A stretch of DNA of 64,000 nucleotides from Candidatus Hydrogenedentota bacterium (GTDB lineage Bacteria; Hydrogenedentota; Hydrogenedentia; Hydrogenedentales; SLHB01), in NCBI GenBank assembly GCA_963745075.1, contig CAVUWV010000020.1:160001-224000 (forward strand), read 5' to 3'. How positions within the stretch are numbered: position 1 is the first letter of the stretch; each line of letters begins with the position of its first letter. The notes under the pieces are model-generated. The model was not told the origin of the DNA, searched no databases, and saw only the letters and a list, made by a program, of their open reading frames with translations. A program made the position numbers and the translations under genes. Of this stretch, positions 51,319-61,934 are shown piece after piece.

Positions 51319-52644
51319 TTACGTAATCTCGGGCACCACGAACGGATCGCGGTAGTAGTCCTTCAGCATCGCGTTCGCTTCATCGTCGTTCTTGAACATC
51401 CCCGCGTCGGGATCGAATTCAAGCGACCGTTGCAGACGGTAGGCGATGTTGCCGAGATGAATGTGCGCGCAGGAAACAAACGCGTCGTCAGGGTTCCCGT
51501 GGATCTTATCCCAGTCGCGGTTCTTGACCGATTCCAGGAAGTTCCCGAAACATCCCTTGGACGGCGGTTTCTCGGCGTTATCCGGAATCGCAATGGGTTT
51601 GTTTTGATAATCGAAGAAACCGCGCTCCTTCACCCAGTACCCGTCGGTGCCGAAGGCGCTGTTCGCGCAGGCGTCATCGCAGTCCTCGGGGAACGAACCC
51701 AGGTTCCGCACTTCAAACGTCAGCATGGTGCCGTCAGCGTAAGTGAAATCGATTTGCTGCGTGTTCGGGGTCTGGCCGTCGTCGTCCCACTTGTAGCGGT
51801 TACCCGTGCTGTAGACGCGTACGGGCAGTCCTTTGTGCGCGGCCCAGGCCGCAACGTCCATTTCGTGGACGCCCTGATTCCCGCTTTCGCCGTTGCCGAA
51901 ATCCCAGAACCAATGCCAATTATAGTGCACGAAGAGGCCGCCCGGATCGTTACGCACATCGCCGCCCTCGCGCCACATCCACTGGCGTTCGGCCGCCGGT
52001 CCCAGCCAGAGGTTGTAATCCAGGAACTCCGGCGGATCCCCGGGTTTGCCTTTGCCGATGCTTGCGCGGTTGCCGTTCTTGTACACGTAGCCGCGGGCGT
52101 GAACCACCGGCCCGATGATTTCGCCCTTGTGGAGCAGATTCATGTCGCGGATCCGTTCGGGATCGGAGCGCTGCTGCGTACCGTGTTGCACGACGCGGTT
52201 GTACTTTCGCGCCGCTTTCACGAGTTGCTGGCCTTCCCAGAAGCTGTGGGCCATGGGCTTCTCGACGTACACGTCTTTGTTCGCCTGGCAACCCCAGGTC
52301 GCGGCGAGGGCGTGCCAGTGGTTGGGCGTGGCAATGCTGATGGCGTCGATGGAATCATCGGCGAGCGCGTCACGCAAGTCGCGATAGGCCTTGGGTTTCT
52401 TCCCGGTCTTCTGTTCGATTTGTTTGACGCGCGCGTCGAGGACACGCTGGTCAACGTCGCACACAGCGACAACGTCCGATCCGTCCTCTTCGACGAAGGC
52501 TTCGATGTGGGAGCCCCCTCGCCCGTGCAGACCGATGCAACACATGTTGATCCGATCATTTGCTCCGAAGGCGGTGCGTGGGAGCACCGTCGCGGCCGCA
52601 ACTGCCGCCGACGTGCCCAGGAATGTTCTACGCGATATGCTCAT
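51319..52644 (-). CDS. Gfo/Idh/MocA NAD(P) oxidoreductase with Tat signal
   Basis: SRRTFL; IG..GRG, IATPNHWH, DVYVEKP, GTQQRS, GVHEMD. Confidence 0.93.
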   Translation of the reverse strand: MSISRRTFLGTSAAVAAATVLPRTAFGANDRINMCCIGLHGRGGSHIEAFVEEDGSDVVAVCDVDQRVLDARVKQIEQKTGKKPKAYRDLRDALADDSIDAISIATPNHWHALAATWGCQANKDVYVEKPMAHSFWEGQQLVKAARKYNRVVQHGTQQRSDPERIRDMNLLHKGEIIGPVVHARGYVYKNGNRASIGKGKPGDPPEFLDYNLWLGPAAERQWMWREGGDVRNDPGGLFVHYNWHWFWDFGNGESGNQGVHEMDVAAWAAHKGLPVRVYSTGNRYKWDDDGQTPNTQQIDFTYADGTMLTFEVRNLGSFPEDCDDACANSAFGTDGYWVKERGFFDYQNKPIAIPDNAEKPPSKGCFGNFLESVKNRDWDKIHGNPDDAFVSCAHIHLGNIAYRLQRSLEFDPDAGMFKNDDEANAMLKDYYRDPFVVPEIT

Positions 52645-53237
52645 GTTTCCGTGCCTCCTTCATTGGCTGGAGATAGTGAATTATCGCCCGCTTGTTAGAA
52701 AGTCCTATTCTGGACCTCTACGAAGGGGAGCGTCAAGTGCGGCAGAACATGAGGGCCCCGAAACATGGGCGAAAGCGTGTCTAGATCATGCCTTATCAGG
52801 CGGTTGGCGCGTTGAATAGGCGCCGTAATTTCACCGTGTGCGTATACGGTTCACACCATCCGGCCGGATGATTCTTGCACGTCGGCTCGTGGAGATACGG
52901 TTTGATCTCGGCGTCATCGCTGCCCGGTGTGAAGGTGAATACGCGGCTCATGGGCAGGAACCGGCGTGGGATTGCGTGCCGTCCACCACGTTGAGAAACG
53001 TGACGCCCCATTTCTGGTCCTCGATGCGTATTCCGCCGGTCGCGATTGAAACGCAACCACCACGCAGCTCATTCGCCCAAGCCGCGCTCAGCCTCCCCAT
53101 GGACAAGGCAGTCTTGCCCGCCCGTTGTTTCGGGTGATAGGCTGCTGAAAGGGCCGGGCTTCCACGCGGGCGCGGGGAATCGGTTTGGCACGAGGGGGGG
53201 GCAATTGCATCGCCCAAGGATTGGAAGGGAGTCAAAG

Positions 53238-56200
53238 ATGTATCGCGTCGTGGGATTGCTATTTGTCACCACCATTCTGAGCATGACGGCATCCGCCCAG
53301 GAGCCGGCATGGACCTACATGCCACCTTCCGGCGTGATCGACTCGTCGCCTGCGTTGGGTGACCTGGACCTGGACGGCAATGTGGAGATCGTTGTCGGCA
53401 CAACATGTCCGGGCAGGTTATCGCCCTGGACGAGAAAGGGCGCGATATCTGGCAATACGAGATGCGTGGCCCCATTCACATGGCACCCACGATTACCGAT
53501 CTGAACAACGACGGAAAACCCGAGGTGCTGGTCGCGAACCGGCAGGGCCAGATCCGGTGTCTGGACGGCGCCGGCGGGAACGTCCTCTGGGAAGCGGCAC
53601 TGCCCGCGTTCATCAATTGGGGTATGACGGAAATCGCCGTGTCGGACCTCGACGGCGATGGAAAGGCCGAGGCCGTGACGGGCGACCGTGAAGGCTCCGT
53701 GCTTTGCGTGAACGCTGACGGTACGCAAGAGTGGCTATACAAGGGCGACCACGGTGAGACCTTGTGCCCGGCCCTTGCCGATCTCGATGGTGACGGCCCG
53801 CAGGAAGTCGTCGTGGGTGGGACACAGGTTCCGCTCGTCTGTCTGGACGCAAACGGCAAGGAATTGTGGCGTCTCGATGCCGGTAGCCGTGGGTCCAGCC
53901 CGATTGTCTGCAACCTTGACGGGAAGGGGTCCATGGAAATCGTCGTGGGAATCGACCAATCGCTGGCGGCGGTTGACCACGCGGGCAAACTGCTATGGAC
54001 GCAACCGATGCACGACACCATCGATAGCGCCATTTCCGCCGCTGACGTCAATGGCGACGGGGCCGTCGAAATCGTGGCCGTCGATCTCTCGGGCTACGCG
54101 GCGTGCGTCTCGTCTGACGGGAAACTGTTGTGGTCGGGCGACGTGGAAGAGCGCGCGCGCCGGTCGCCATCCATTGGCGACGTGGACGGGGACGGCGAGG
54201 TGGAGATCCTTATCGCCGGATACAGCGGCGCGATTCACGTGTTCGGACCGGACGGTAAGCTGGAGGAGCGCATCGCACTTGAGGGCTCCCCCAATGCAAC
54301 GGCTACGCTCGCACGTTTCGACGACGGCGGGCTGTACATGATCTGCCCCACCGACAGCCTGATGCAGGTGTATCGCTGGCCCGATGCCAAACCGGATGCC
54401 ACGATGCTGTGGCCGGAATATCGGTTCAACTCCGCCCGGACCGGCACGCCGGAATTGCCCGCGTCGCGGTCCAACGTGCGGATTGCTCGCATCGATTTCG
54501 GCGAGCGTTACGTCGGCTCCAACGCGTTTTCCGTGACCGTCGAAAACCCGGACGCCGAACCACTCGAACGTCAAACTGGCGATCGGCGTGAATCAGCAAG
54601 AACCGTCGCGAGCGGACGTATCGAGCGCGGAAACACAAATCGAACATCAAATGCCGTACACAATCTCCGGCAATGCGACGGAGAACCTCACATTCAGTTG
54701 CACCGTCCTTCAGAACGGAGAGGTCGTCGCGCGACGCACGCACACCGACTACGTCGTGCCTTTCGTCAATGAGGTCTCCGATGCGGAACGCGCCCTGGCG
54801 GACACGAAGAATCGTCTGTCTCATCTCGCGGTCACGTCGCGGCCGAAAGAGCGGTGGTACCTGTTGCAGGGCCGGTTGGACGAATTGCGGGACCGCGCAA
54901 ACGCGGCCAGCGCGTACAGCGATGACACGCGGCGTACCTTGCGCGACGATCTGCGGGAACTGGTGGCTCAGTCGCAAACGCTTCAGCAAATGGTCATCGC
55001 TGCCGATCAAGCCGGCACACCGCTGCTTGTGTGCGCGGCCAATCCATGGGCGCCGTTCGGCGGCATGGAGGAACTCGTCGAAGGCCGCGCGACGCCGCCG
55101 GACCTGTCGGTGGAAGCTTTCGCCGGCGAAACGGAATCCGCCGCGCTGAATCTGTTCAACTTCACCGACATCGCGCGCACGTTTCGCGTGGAAGTCGCCG
55201 ATCTCACGCTGGGCGACCAGTCCGTCGCGGCCAGGAATACCGTGCACCTCCACGAAGTCGTGGCCGTTCCCACGGAAATGCGGGACTATTCCGCCGACGC
55301 GATCCCGGAACTGTCCGACGCGCGCATCATCACCGTCCCGGCATGGGACGCGCGCCAACTTTGGCTGAACGTGGAGACGAGCGCATTAATGCCCGGCGAA
55401 TGGAGTTCCGCCGTGCACGTGCGAAGTCTCGATCCCGAACCCATCGAGGCCGCCGCGCCGCTTTCCGTCACGGTATGGAACGCGCACCTGCCCAAAACCC
55501 AGCCCATTCGTTCGTGCCAGTGGGGCTACGTGCACAGCTCCATGTTGCGCGATTATCCGCAGGAAGCGTTGGAGGACCAGGTGCGCCACGGCACGAACGT
55601 GTTCGTGGGCCTTTTTCCGCCCAAGGCCACATACGACGAAGACGGGAACCTTGGACCAATCGACTTTGCCGAGCACGACGCCTACGTCAAAGCGCACGGG
55701 CCTCACGGACTGATTCTCTTCTTCAATTACCAGCACGCGTTGAAAGGGCCCGGGGACCGGGATTCCGAGGCGTTTCACAAAGCCCACGTGGCGTGGCTGC
55801 GGGCCTGGGTGAAGCATTTAGCTGAACTCGGGGTGGGATACGACGGTTTTGCGCTGTATCCCGTAGACGAACCCGGGCTTCGCGACGGCTTGGTCGAGAC
55901 CTACCTCGTCTTCGCCCAACTCGCACGGGAAGCCGACCCGAAGATTCATCTGTACACCGATCCCGTCGGCCGCATCACCGCCGAGGAACTGGAACGCATG
56001 ACGCCATACGTGGACATCTGGTGCCCGAACCGAAACGGGCTCCTGCTGCACGAGAATGCGGACAAGTTCGCCGTCATCCAGAATAGCGGCGCGACGGTCT
56101 GGACCTACGAATGCGACGGCAACGCGAAGCACCAATCGCCATTGGGGTATTATCGGGCGCAGGCATGGCTGGCTTGGCACGATGGCCTCACCGGCATCGG

Positions 56201-56594
56201 GTTCTGGTCGTATTGCACGTCGAGCGCCGATCCGTGGTTCCGGCCGGAGGCTACGAAGGACTACCTGCTCGTATACCCCGGAAAAGGCGTCATCTCGAGC
56301 AAGCGCTGGGAAGCCGTTCGCGATGGGATCGAGGATTACAGCATGCTCTGGGTATTGCGCCAGGCGGTGAACGATCGTCCAAGCGCAGATGCAAAAACGC
56401 GAGACGCTGCGCAGAAACTGTTGGAAACCGACGCTTCCGCCGTCGCGCAATTCTGTGGCCTGGACTCGGATGACACGCAACCCCGGAAGGACGGCTTGCG
56501 GGGCGTGCGGGCGCTGGCGGACCGGCGTTGGTCCACCATACAGGAGACCCGGCGCGAACTGGCCGGTCTATTGTCCGAGTTGATCGCGAATTAG
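53238..56594 (+). CDS. Large secreted protein: FG-GAP/PQQ-like propeller fused to a GH123/DUF4091-like domain (frameshifts near 53405 and 54568)
   Basis: Signal peptide MYRVVGLL...ASAQ; repeated DLDGDG..E.V; C-terminal VDEP, DIWCP, G.GFW.Y, LVYPG, SSKRWEAVRDGIEDY; three ORF-track pieces join into one frame-corrected gene. Confidence 0.75.
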
Positions 56595-56640
56595 CGTCGG
56601 GCACACGATTCCACATAATGCCAACCAGGGAGACGGGGCG

Positions 56641-57633
56641 ATGAAAGCGGCCGCGGTTATGCTGCTGGGTATTGCGATCGGAATACTGTTCTCCCCGGCG
56701 GTCCTCGCCGGTGAGACGGATCAATTCCTCGTTTGGGGGGTGGAGCTAAACGACTCGGCCCCGGCGATCAACCGCTTTATCAACGAGCAAACCGAACGAT
56801 ACCTGGAATCCCTGAACCAGGAAGAGGACATCCCGGACGATCCGGATGAAATCGTAAACGGCGTGTACCGGAACCTCTTTCGGGGACTTCAGGCGTCCAA
56901 ACTGCGGAACTGGCTACAACATTCGGACGACGTTGACCGCTATCCGCCGTCATCTGTTTCGTACTGGCGCTATGAGAGGATGAGCATTTACCGGGGTCGC
57001 TCGTTCCCGTACATTCTCCCCATGGCTCGTACGGTACGAGTCGGCGACGTGTATTTCGGCATTGATAAGTTTTCCCACTTCTTCGGATTCGGACGACACA
57101 GCTACAACCGGTATCAGAAGCTGCGCGGGCGAGGGTTGGACGAGCGGGAAGCGCTGGAACGGGTGGTCCGCCGAAGCATTTGGTGGGAAAATACGACGGT
57201 CGGAAAGCTTGTGGACGGCATCTTTTCCCATGCGGATATCGAAGCGAGCTTTCAGGGTTGCCAACTTGCGCGCGATCTCTGCGGAGAAGACGACGCGAAT
57301 ATCAAGCGCGTGGACGGCGAATGGAAGCTGGTGCGCCCGATCGATCTGCGGGATTATGTCACACCGGATTTCGACGAGTCCTACAATCCCAACCACTATT
57401 GGGCTTTGCGCAAACGGTTCGTGCTGCCACTTCTTGAGAAGGAGTATAAGGACAAGTTCTCAACACCGGAGGTGCAGGAACGGTTCGCCAGTTACCAGCG
57501 CCACGAACCCAGTTTGTCGGTGCGCGCGATCGAGCGCCACTTCGCCAGCCAGGGAATGGACCCTCAGAAGGCCCAGTACCGGCAAGTCTTTCATCTCCCA
57601 CCGCGGCGTCTGGCCTCGAACACGGAACCCTGA
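56641..57633 (+). CDS. Secreted hypothetical protein
   Basis: 330-aa ORF, signal peptide ending VLA; GIDKFSHFF and GIFSHAD motifs. Confidence 0.7.
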   Translation: MKAAAVMLLGIAIGILFSPAVLAGETDQFLVWGVELNDSAPAINRFINEQTERYLESLNQEEDIPDDPDEIVNGVYRNLFRGLQASKLRNWLQHSDDVDRYPPSSVSYWRYERMSIYRGRSFPYILPMARTVRVGDVYFGIDKFSHFFGFGRHSYNRYQKLRGRGLDEREALERVVRRSIWWENTTVGKLVDGIFSHADIEASFQGCQLARDLCGEDDANIKRVDGEWKLVRPIDLRDYVTPDFDESYNPNHYWALRKRFVLPLLEKEYKDKFSTPEVQERFASYQRHEPSLSVRAIERHFASQGMDPQKAQYRQVFHLPPRRLASNTEP

Positions 57634-57647
57634 GCGAGTCAGCGCCG

Positions 57648-58346
57648 TCACGTATCGCTTTCTTCATGTTTTTGCACGGGCGTGGATGACGGCTTCTCCC
57701 GCGAACCTGCGACGTGTTGCAGTCGCTTCCGAAGTCCCTTTATCACGTTTGGCATGGCGGTTTCCGAAGCCATATTGGCCACCCAGCCCGGGATGTTGCC
57801 GCCGGGGTCGGTGAAAACCGTGTAACGCACGGAAGATTTGCCGCCGGGGTACGGCCGCACTTCCCACGATCCGTAGGTATCGTTGATATTGCCGCTGCCG
57901 GGTTCGTACGTCCAGCTATTCACCAGGACCGACCCCTTGGCGGTGTCGACGGTTTTATCCTTCATCCGCAGCACGTAGTAGCGATCGCCAATCGGCCACG
58001 GGAAATCCAAGTCGAACCGGACCCAGGTTTGTTCGTCATTCTTCTTCTGCACCTTGACTTTCCGGCAATACGGCATGAATTGTGTAAAGGAGTCGTAGTC
58101 GGTGAGTACCGCAAATACCTGTGACGGCGTTGCGTCGACTACGGCAACGGCCGTTGCCCGCTTTATCGCGGTTCCCGAAACGGCGGCAAGGTCAACCAGG
58201 ATTTCCCCGCGCTCGAGTTGCGCGCGCTCGGGTTCGGTAAGTGCGGTCCCTTGCGGCGAGAGCAGTTCCGTGCCAGGTTCCGCCGCGAAGGCAGCGAGAA
58301 TCAGGGCAGTGCCTGTCACGAGCAAAACAGTCCAACGCCGGACCAT
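57648..58346 (-). CDS. SRPBCC/START-fold lipid/ligand-binding protein, secreted
   Basis: Signal peptide; VFAVLTDYD...FMP, PWPI.DR.Y, GSW, DPGGNIPGW; RBS GGAGG before ATG 58346. Confidence 0.82.
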   Translation of the reverse strand: MVRRWTVLLVTGTALILAAFAAEPGTELLSPQGTALTEPERAQLERGEILVDLAAVSGTAIKRATAVAVVDATPSQVFAVLTDYDSFTQFMPYCRKVKVQKKNDEQTWVRFDLDFPWPIGDRYYVLRMKDKTVDTAKGSVLVNSWTYEPGSGNINDTYGSWEVRPYPGGKSSVRYTVFTDPGGNIPGWVANMASETAMPNVIKGLRKRLQHVAGSREKPSSTPVQKHEESDT

Positions 58347-58512
58347 CGTAAGAGCCCCTCCATTGATTGCCACGCATCGGAGTAACGCCGACCAGCGTAG
58401 CACAACGCGCCTCTTACCCGCGTTGACCCGCGATTGGGCCGGGCCCAATACCGGTAGAAACGTCATTTGTGGCATAGTGTCGGGCAAACAAACTGACTGC
58501 GAGCGTATCCGG

Positions 58513-59535
58513 ATGAATCGATTCACCGTCATAGCAGCCTTCTTAGTGGCATTCGGCCTGATGCCCGCGTTTTCGATCGGCGCCGTTGCCGCCGATGTGC
58601 AACCGGACGGCGGCGCGCTGGCCGGGTTGCGGCCCCGCGTCGTCATATCCACCGATATCGGAGGTTCGGACAACGATGACTTTCAGTCCATGGTCCATCT
58701 CCTCTTGTATGCGGACGTCCTTGCTATCGAGGGGCTGCTCGCCTCACCGCCTGACAAAGGGCGCGCCGCCGACTGTCTTTCGGTGATCGACGCGTACGAG
58801 AAGGACTATCCGCGATTGAAGCAGCATTCCGCCGCGTACCCGCCACCGGAAACCCTGCGCGGTCTCGTCAAGCAGGGCGCGACCGATCCGGCGCCACCGG
58901 CAGGGTTCTCCGAGAGCACGGACGCATCCAGGTGGCTGATCGACCGGGCACATGCCAACGCTCCCCGCCCGCTCTACGTGCTCGTTTGGGGGTCGATCAC
59001 CGATATCGCCCAGGCCGTCCATGATGATCCCGCGATCGAACAGAATATCAGGGTCTATTCGATTGGATCGTGGAATACGAGCAAGGACCCTTCCGCCCGC
59101 GACTACCTCTTCAACAATCACCCGGATCTCTGGTGGATCGAGGCGGATACCACCTTTCGCGGAATGTATATCGGCGGCAATCAGGACGGAGATTTGGGCA
59201 ACAAGAGCTTTCTGGATCGCCACGTGCGCGGCCACGGCGCATTGGGCGATTTTCTGGTGGATAAACTCGACGCCATCAAAATGGGCGACACGCCGTCGCT
59301 TCTCTATCTGCTCCGTGGTAACCCGGACGATCCCACCGGTCCGCATTGGGGCGGACAATTCGTCGCTACCGGACACGGCCCCCACTACTGGACCGACGAC
59401 CCGGCGCCCGCACAACAAGAGGGGCGGTATGCCGGCGCCAAGACGGTAAACCGATGGCGAGAAGATTTTTTGCGCGACTGGCAGCGGCGGATGGAGCGCG
59501 CCGTGCCGAAAGCACCTGCCGCAGCGAAGAATTAG
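58513..59535 (+). CDS. DUF1593 nucleoside hydrolase-like secreted protein
   Basis: RVVISTDIGG.D.DD.QSMVHLLLYAD, IDAY..DYP.L, WGS...AQA, MGDTPS, WGG.F. Confidence 0.85.
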   Translation: MNRFTVIAAFLVAFGLMPAFSIGAVAADVQPDGGALAGLRPRVVISTDIGGSDNDDFQSMVHLLLYADVLAIEGLLASPPDKGRAADCLSVIDAYEKDYPRLKQHSAAYPPPETLRGLVKQGATDPAPPAGFSESTDASRWLIDRAHANAPRPLYVLVWGSITDIAQAVHDDPAIEQNIRVYSIGSWNTSKDPSARDYLFNNHPDLWWIEADTTFRGMYIGGNQDGDLGNKSFLDRHVRGHGALGDFLVDKLDAIKMGDTPSLLYLLRGNPDDPTGPHWGGQFVATGHGPHYWTDDPAPAQQEGRYAGAKTVNRWREDFLRDWQRRMERAVPKAPAAAKN

Positions 59536-59544
59536 TCCGGCGCG

Positions 59545-60699
59545 CTACTCCGAGTAAATCCCGTATTCGAATGCCGCGTCAAAGAGCGCAACGATATTCT
59601 CCGGCGGAACACCTGCCTGAATATTGTGGCAATTGTTGAACACGTAGCCGCCCCCGGGCTTAAACGCATCGAGATTGCGCTTCACATGCTCACGCACTTC
59701 GGCCGGGGTCGCGGCCGGCAGAACGTGTTGCGCGTCGATACCGCCGCCCCAAAACGTCAGATCGCGGCCGTATTGACGCTTCAACATTTCGGGGTCCATA
59801 TTCGCTGCGCTGATCTGCACGGGGTTCAGGATATCGATGCCGTTGTCAATCAAATCGGGGATGTACGTGACGCACGAGCCGCAAGTGTGGTACCAGATAC
59901 GCGCGTCGGTGAGAGACCGGATGTGCTGCACGAGGCGCTTCTGCCGAGGCTTGACCACGGTACGGTAGAACTCCGGGGAAAACAACGGACCAGCCTGACC
60001 GGCAAGGTCATCCCCGATCATGATGACGTCGACCAGATCGCCAACCTCGCCCATGAAGTCACTGTAGTAACCGGTCCAAAACGCCAGCATGCGGTCCAGC
60101 AGGGCCTCGCAGAATGCGGGATTCTCCAGCATATCGACAAGCCACCGTTCGAGGCCGCGCAGGTACCAGCAATACTCGTAGACCACGCCGCCGATGCCGG
60201 TGCAGGTCGCATATGGCGTCTCGTCGCGCATGTGCTGGGCTTTGTCGCGGAGACCTCGGAACCGCGTGGGATCGTTGCCGCGGGGAAAGGGGTAGCTGTC
60301 GAGGTCACCAATGGTGGCGTTCGCCAGCGGGTGGTGGGAAATGTCCATAAAGAATGGCTGGTCGTCGGGCATGGACCACACCACGCCGAATTCATCGCGC
60401 AAATCGTGCCACAGCCGGCCTTCGCGGGTATTCTGCTCGATGCCGCCAGCAAAGCTTTCCGGCGCCCCCGCCACGAGGTAACGCGTGTCCACGTGCAGAC
60501 GTTCCAGCACCGCTTCGCAGGGACGGGCCAACTGCTGGACGGGGTCCAGGATCGCCAGGTCATCCTGAATACCCAGATGCTCCAGCAACTGGAGGTAAGG
60601 GAGCCGGTGGATGCCGGTCTGAAACCCGCCCAAATCGATTGGTACGCGGTCGGGCTCTTCGTGGTTTAATGCAGTGACCAGACGTTCGCGTGATGTCAT
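59545..60699 (-). CDS. Uroporphyrinogen decarboxylase-like (URO-D/MtaA-CmuA) family protein
   Basis: MTSRER...ALNHEEPDRVP.D.G, GDD, SPE.YR..VKP, HTCG, ILNPVQ, FWGGGID.Q, HNIQ..VPPEN. Confidence 0.88.
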   Translation of the reverse strand: MTSRERLVTALNHEEPDRVPIDLGGFQTGIHRLPYLQLLEHLGIQDDLAILDPVQQLARPCEAVLERLHVDTRYLVAGAPESFAGGIEQNTREGRLWHDLRDEFGVVWSMPDDQPFFMDISHHPLANATIGDLDSYPFPRGNDPTRFRGLRDKAQHMRDETPYATCTGIGGVVYEYCWYLRGLERWLVDMLENPAFCEALLDRMLAFWTGYYSDFMGEVGDLVDVIMIGDDLAGQAGPLFSPEFYRTVVKPRQKRLVQHIRSLTDARIWYHTCGSCVTYIPDLIDNGIDILNPVQISAANMDPEMLKRQYGRDLTFWGGGIDAQHVLPAATPAEVREHVKRNLDAFKPGGGYVFNNCHNIQAGVPPENIVALFDAAFEYGIYSE

Positions 60700-60898
60700 C
60701 GTCCCCCCATTTTTCGACTTCCCAGTGATGCGCGACAATTAATTATCTTGTTACTCGCCAGGCAATTCAATCTGTCGCGGAAGCCACCGTGATTCGCAAT
60801 ATGCAGCGATTCGTGTTTGCAGACCGGCACGACTAAAATGAAGTCGGGCGTTTGCCAATGTGGGGGAAACCGGCCAACCAGATTCAACGGAGGCAATC

Positions 60899-61742
60899 AT
60901 GATCGAGCTGGGCATGCACACGGACAACTGGCGCCCGCTGAGCGGGGGATTCAATCAGGCGGCGGAGACCGCGGTCAAGTACGGCATTCAACACCTCGAA
61001 TTTGTCGCGATCCACGGCCAGTACTTCATCCAAGCCATGGGTTATGAGCCGGGCATTTCGTTGGAATCCAATCCGCGCGCGTTGAAACGCTACTGTGACA
61101 AGCGGGGCCTGAAGATCTCGCAGATCGACGGCGCGTACCCGCTCATGGGGCCCGACGGCTCGACCTACGGCGTGCAGTACGTCCGGCAATGCATTCGCTT
61201 TGCGGCGGAACTGGACTGCCCCATGGTGGACACCACCGACGGCGCTTCCACCATCGAGGGCCTCAGCCGCGACGAAGTCTTCCGCATCACCTGCGACAAC
61301 TATCGGCAGGTGCCTGTCCTGGGCGGAGGACTACAAGATCGTCATCAACGTCGAGCCGCACGGCCCCTATACGAATGACGGGGAGTTCATGCTCAAGCTG
61401 TTCAAGTATTTCGATTCCGAATGGCTGCGCTGCAATTTTGATACCGGCAATTCCTTCATCGCGGGCCACGACCCGCTGGAGTACCTGAAGACCTTGCGCC
61501 CGTACGTTTCGCACTGCCACATCAAGGATGTAAGCGAAGGGTTGGCCGCCGCCGCCCGCGGCGAAGACACCGGTATCGCGTGCAGCGAAGTCCCCATCGG
61601 CGGCGGCGTCAACGCCGGCAACATCACGAACTGCCTCGCCTTCCTGAACGAAACCAACTGGGACGGCGTCGTCTCCCTCGAATGCTACGGCTCCGACGAA
61701 AACATACAGAAGAGCGTGGAGTTCCTGCGCGCGTTGGTATAA
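60899..61742 (+). CDS. Cytoplasmic sugar phosphate isomerase/epimerase TIM barrel (+1 frameshift near 61309)
   Basis: INVEPHG, NFDTGN, HCHIKD, G.G...VSLE; CAG-G-TGC extra base. Confidence 0.85.
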
Positions 61743-61758
61743 GCGCTGATCGGTGTCC

Positions 61759-61804
61759 CTGGGAGCGCCAGGCCGTCATCCTCGCGAAGGCGGGGCCAGC
61801 CTAG
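61759..61804 (+). repeat. Single REP copy interrupted by a CGTC-type palindrome
   Basis: CTGGGAGCGCCAGGC [CGTCATCCTCGCGAAGGCGGGG] CCAGCCTAG versus the intact copy CTGGGAGCGCCAGGC A CCAGCCTGG. Confidence 0.65.
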
Positions 61805-61806
61805 TT

Positions 61807-61934
61807 CACTGGGAGCGCCTGGCTCCGGCCTGGCGTGCTTCGGAGGAATGACGGCTGCAAACACAGCGCAGTCGTTGCAGCGAGTTACGCGCACGCTCCG
61901 AAGCACGCCACGCTAGAGCGAGGCGCTCCCAGTG
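61807..61934. repeat. REPIN-like unit left of the RAYT
   Basis: 39-bp inverted arms CACTGGGAGCGCC...GGCGTGCTTCGGAG (35/39 match) with a 50-nt spacer. Confidence 0.85.
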
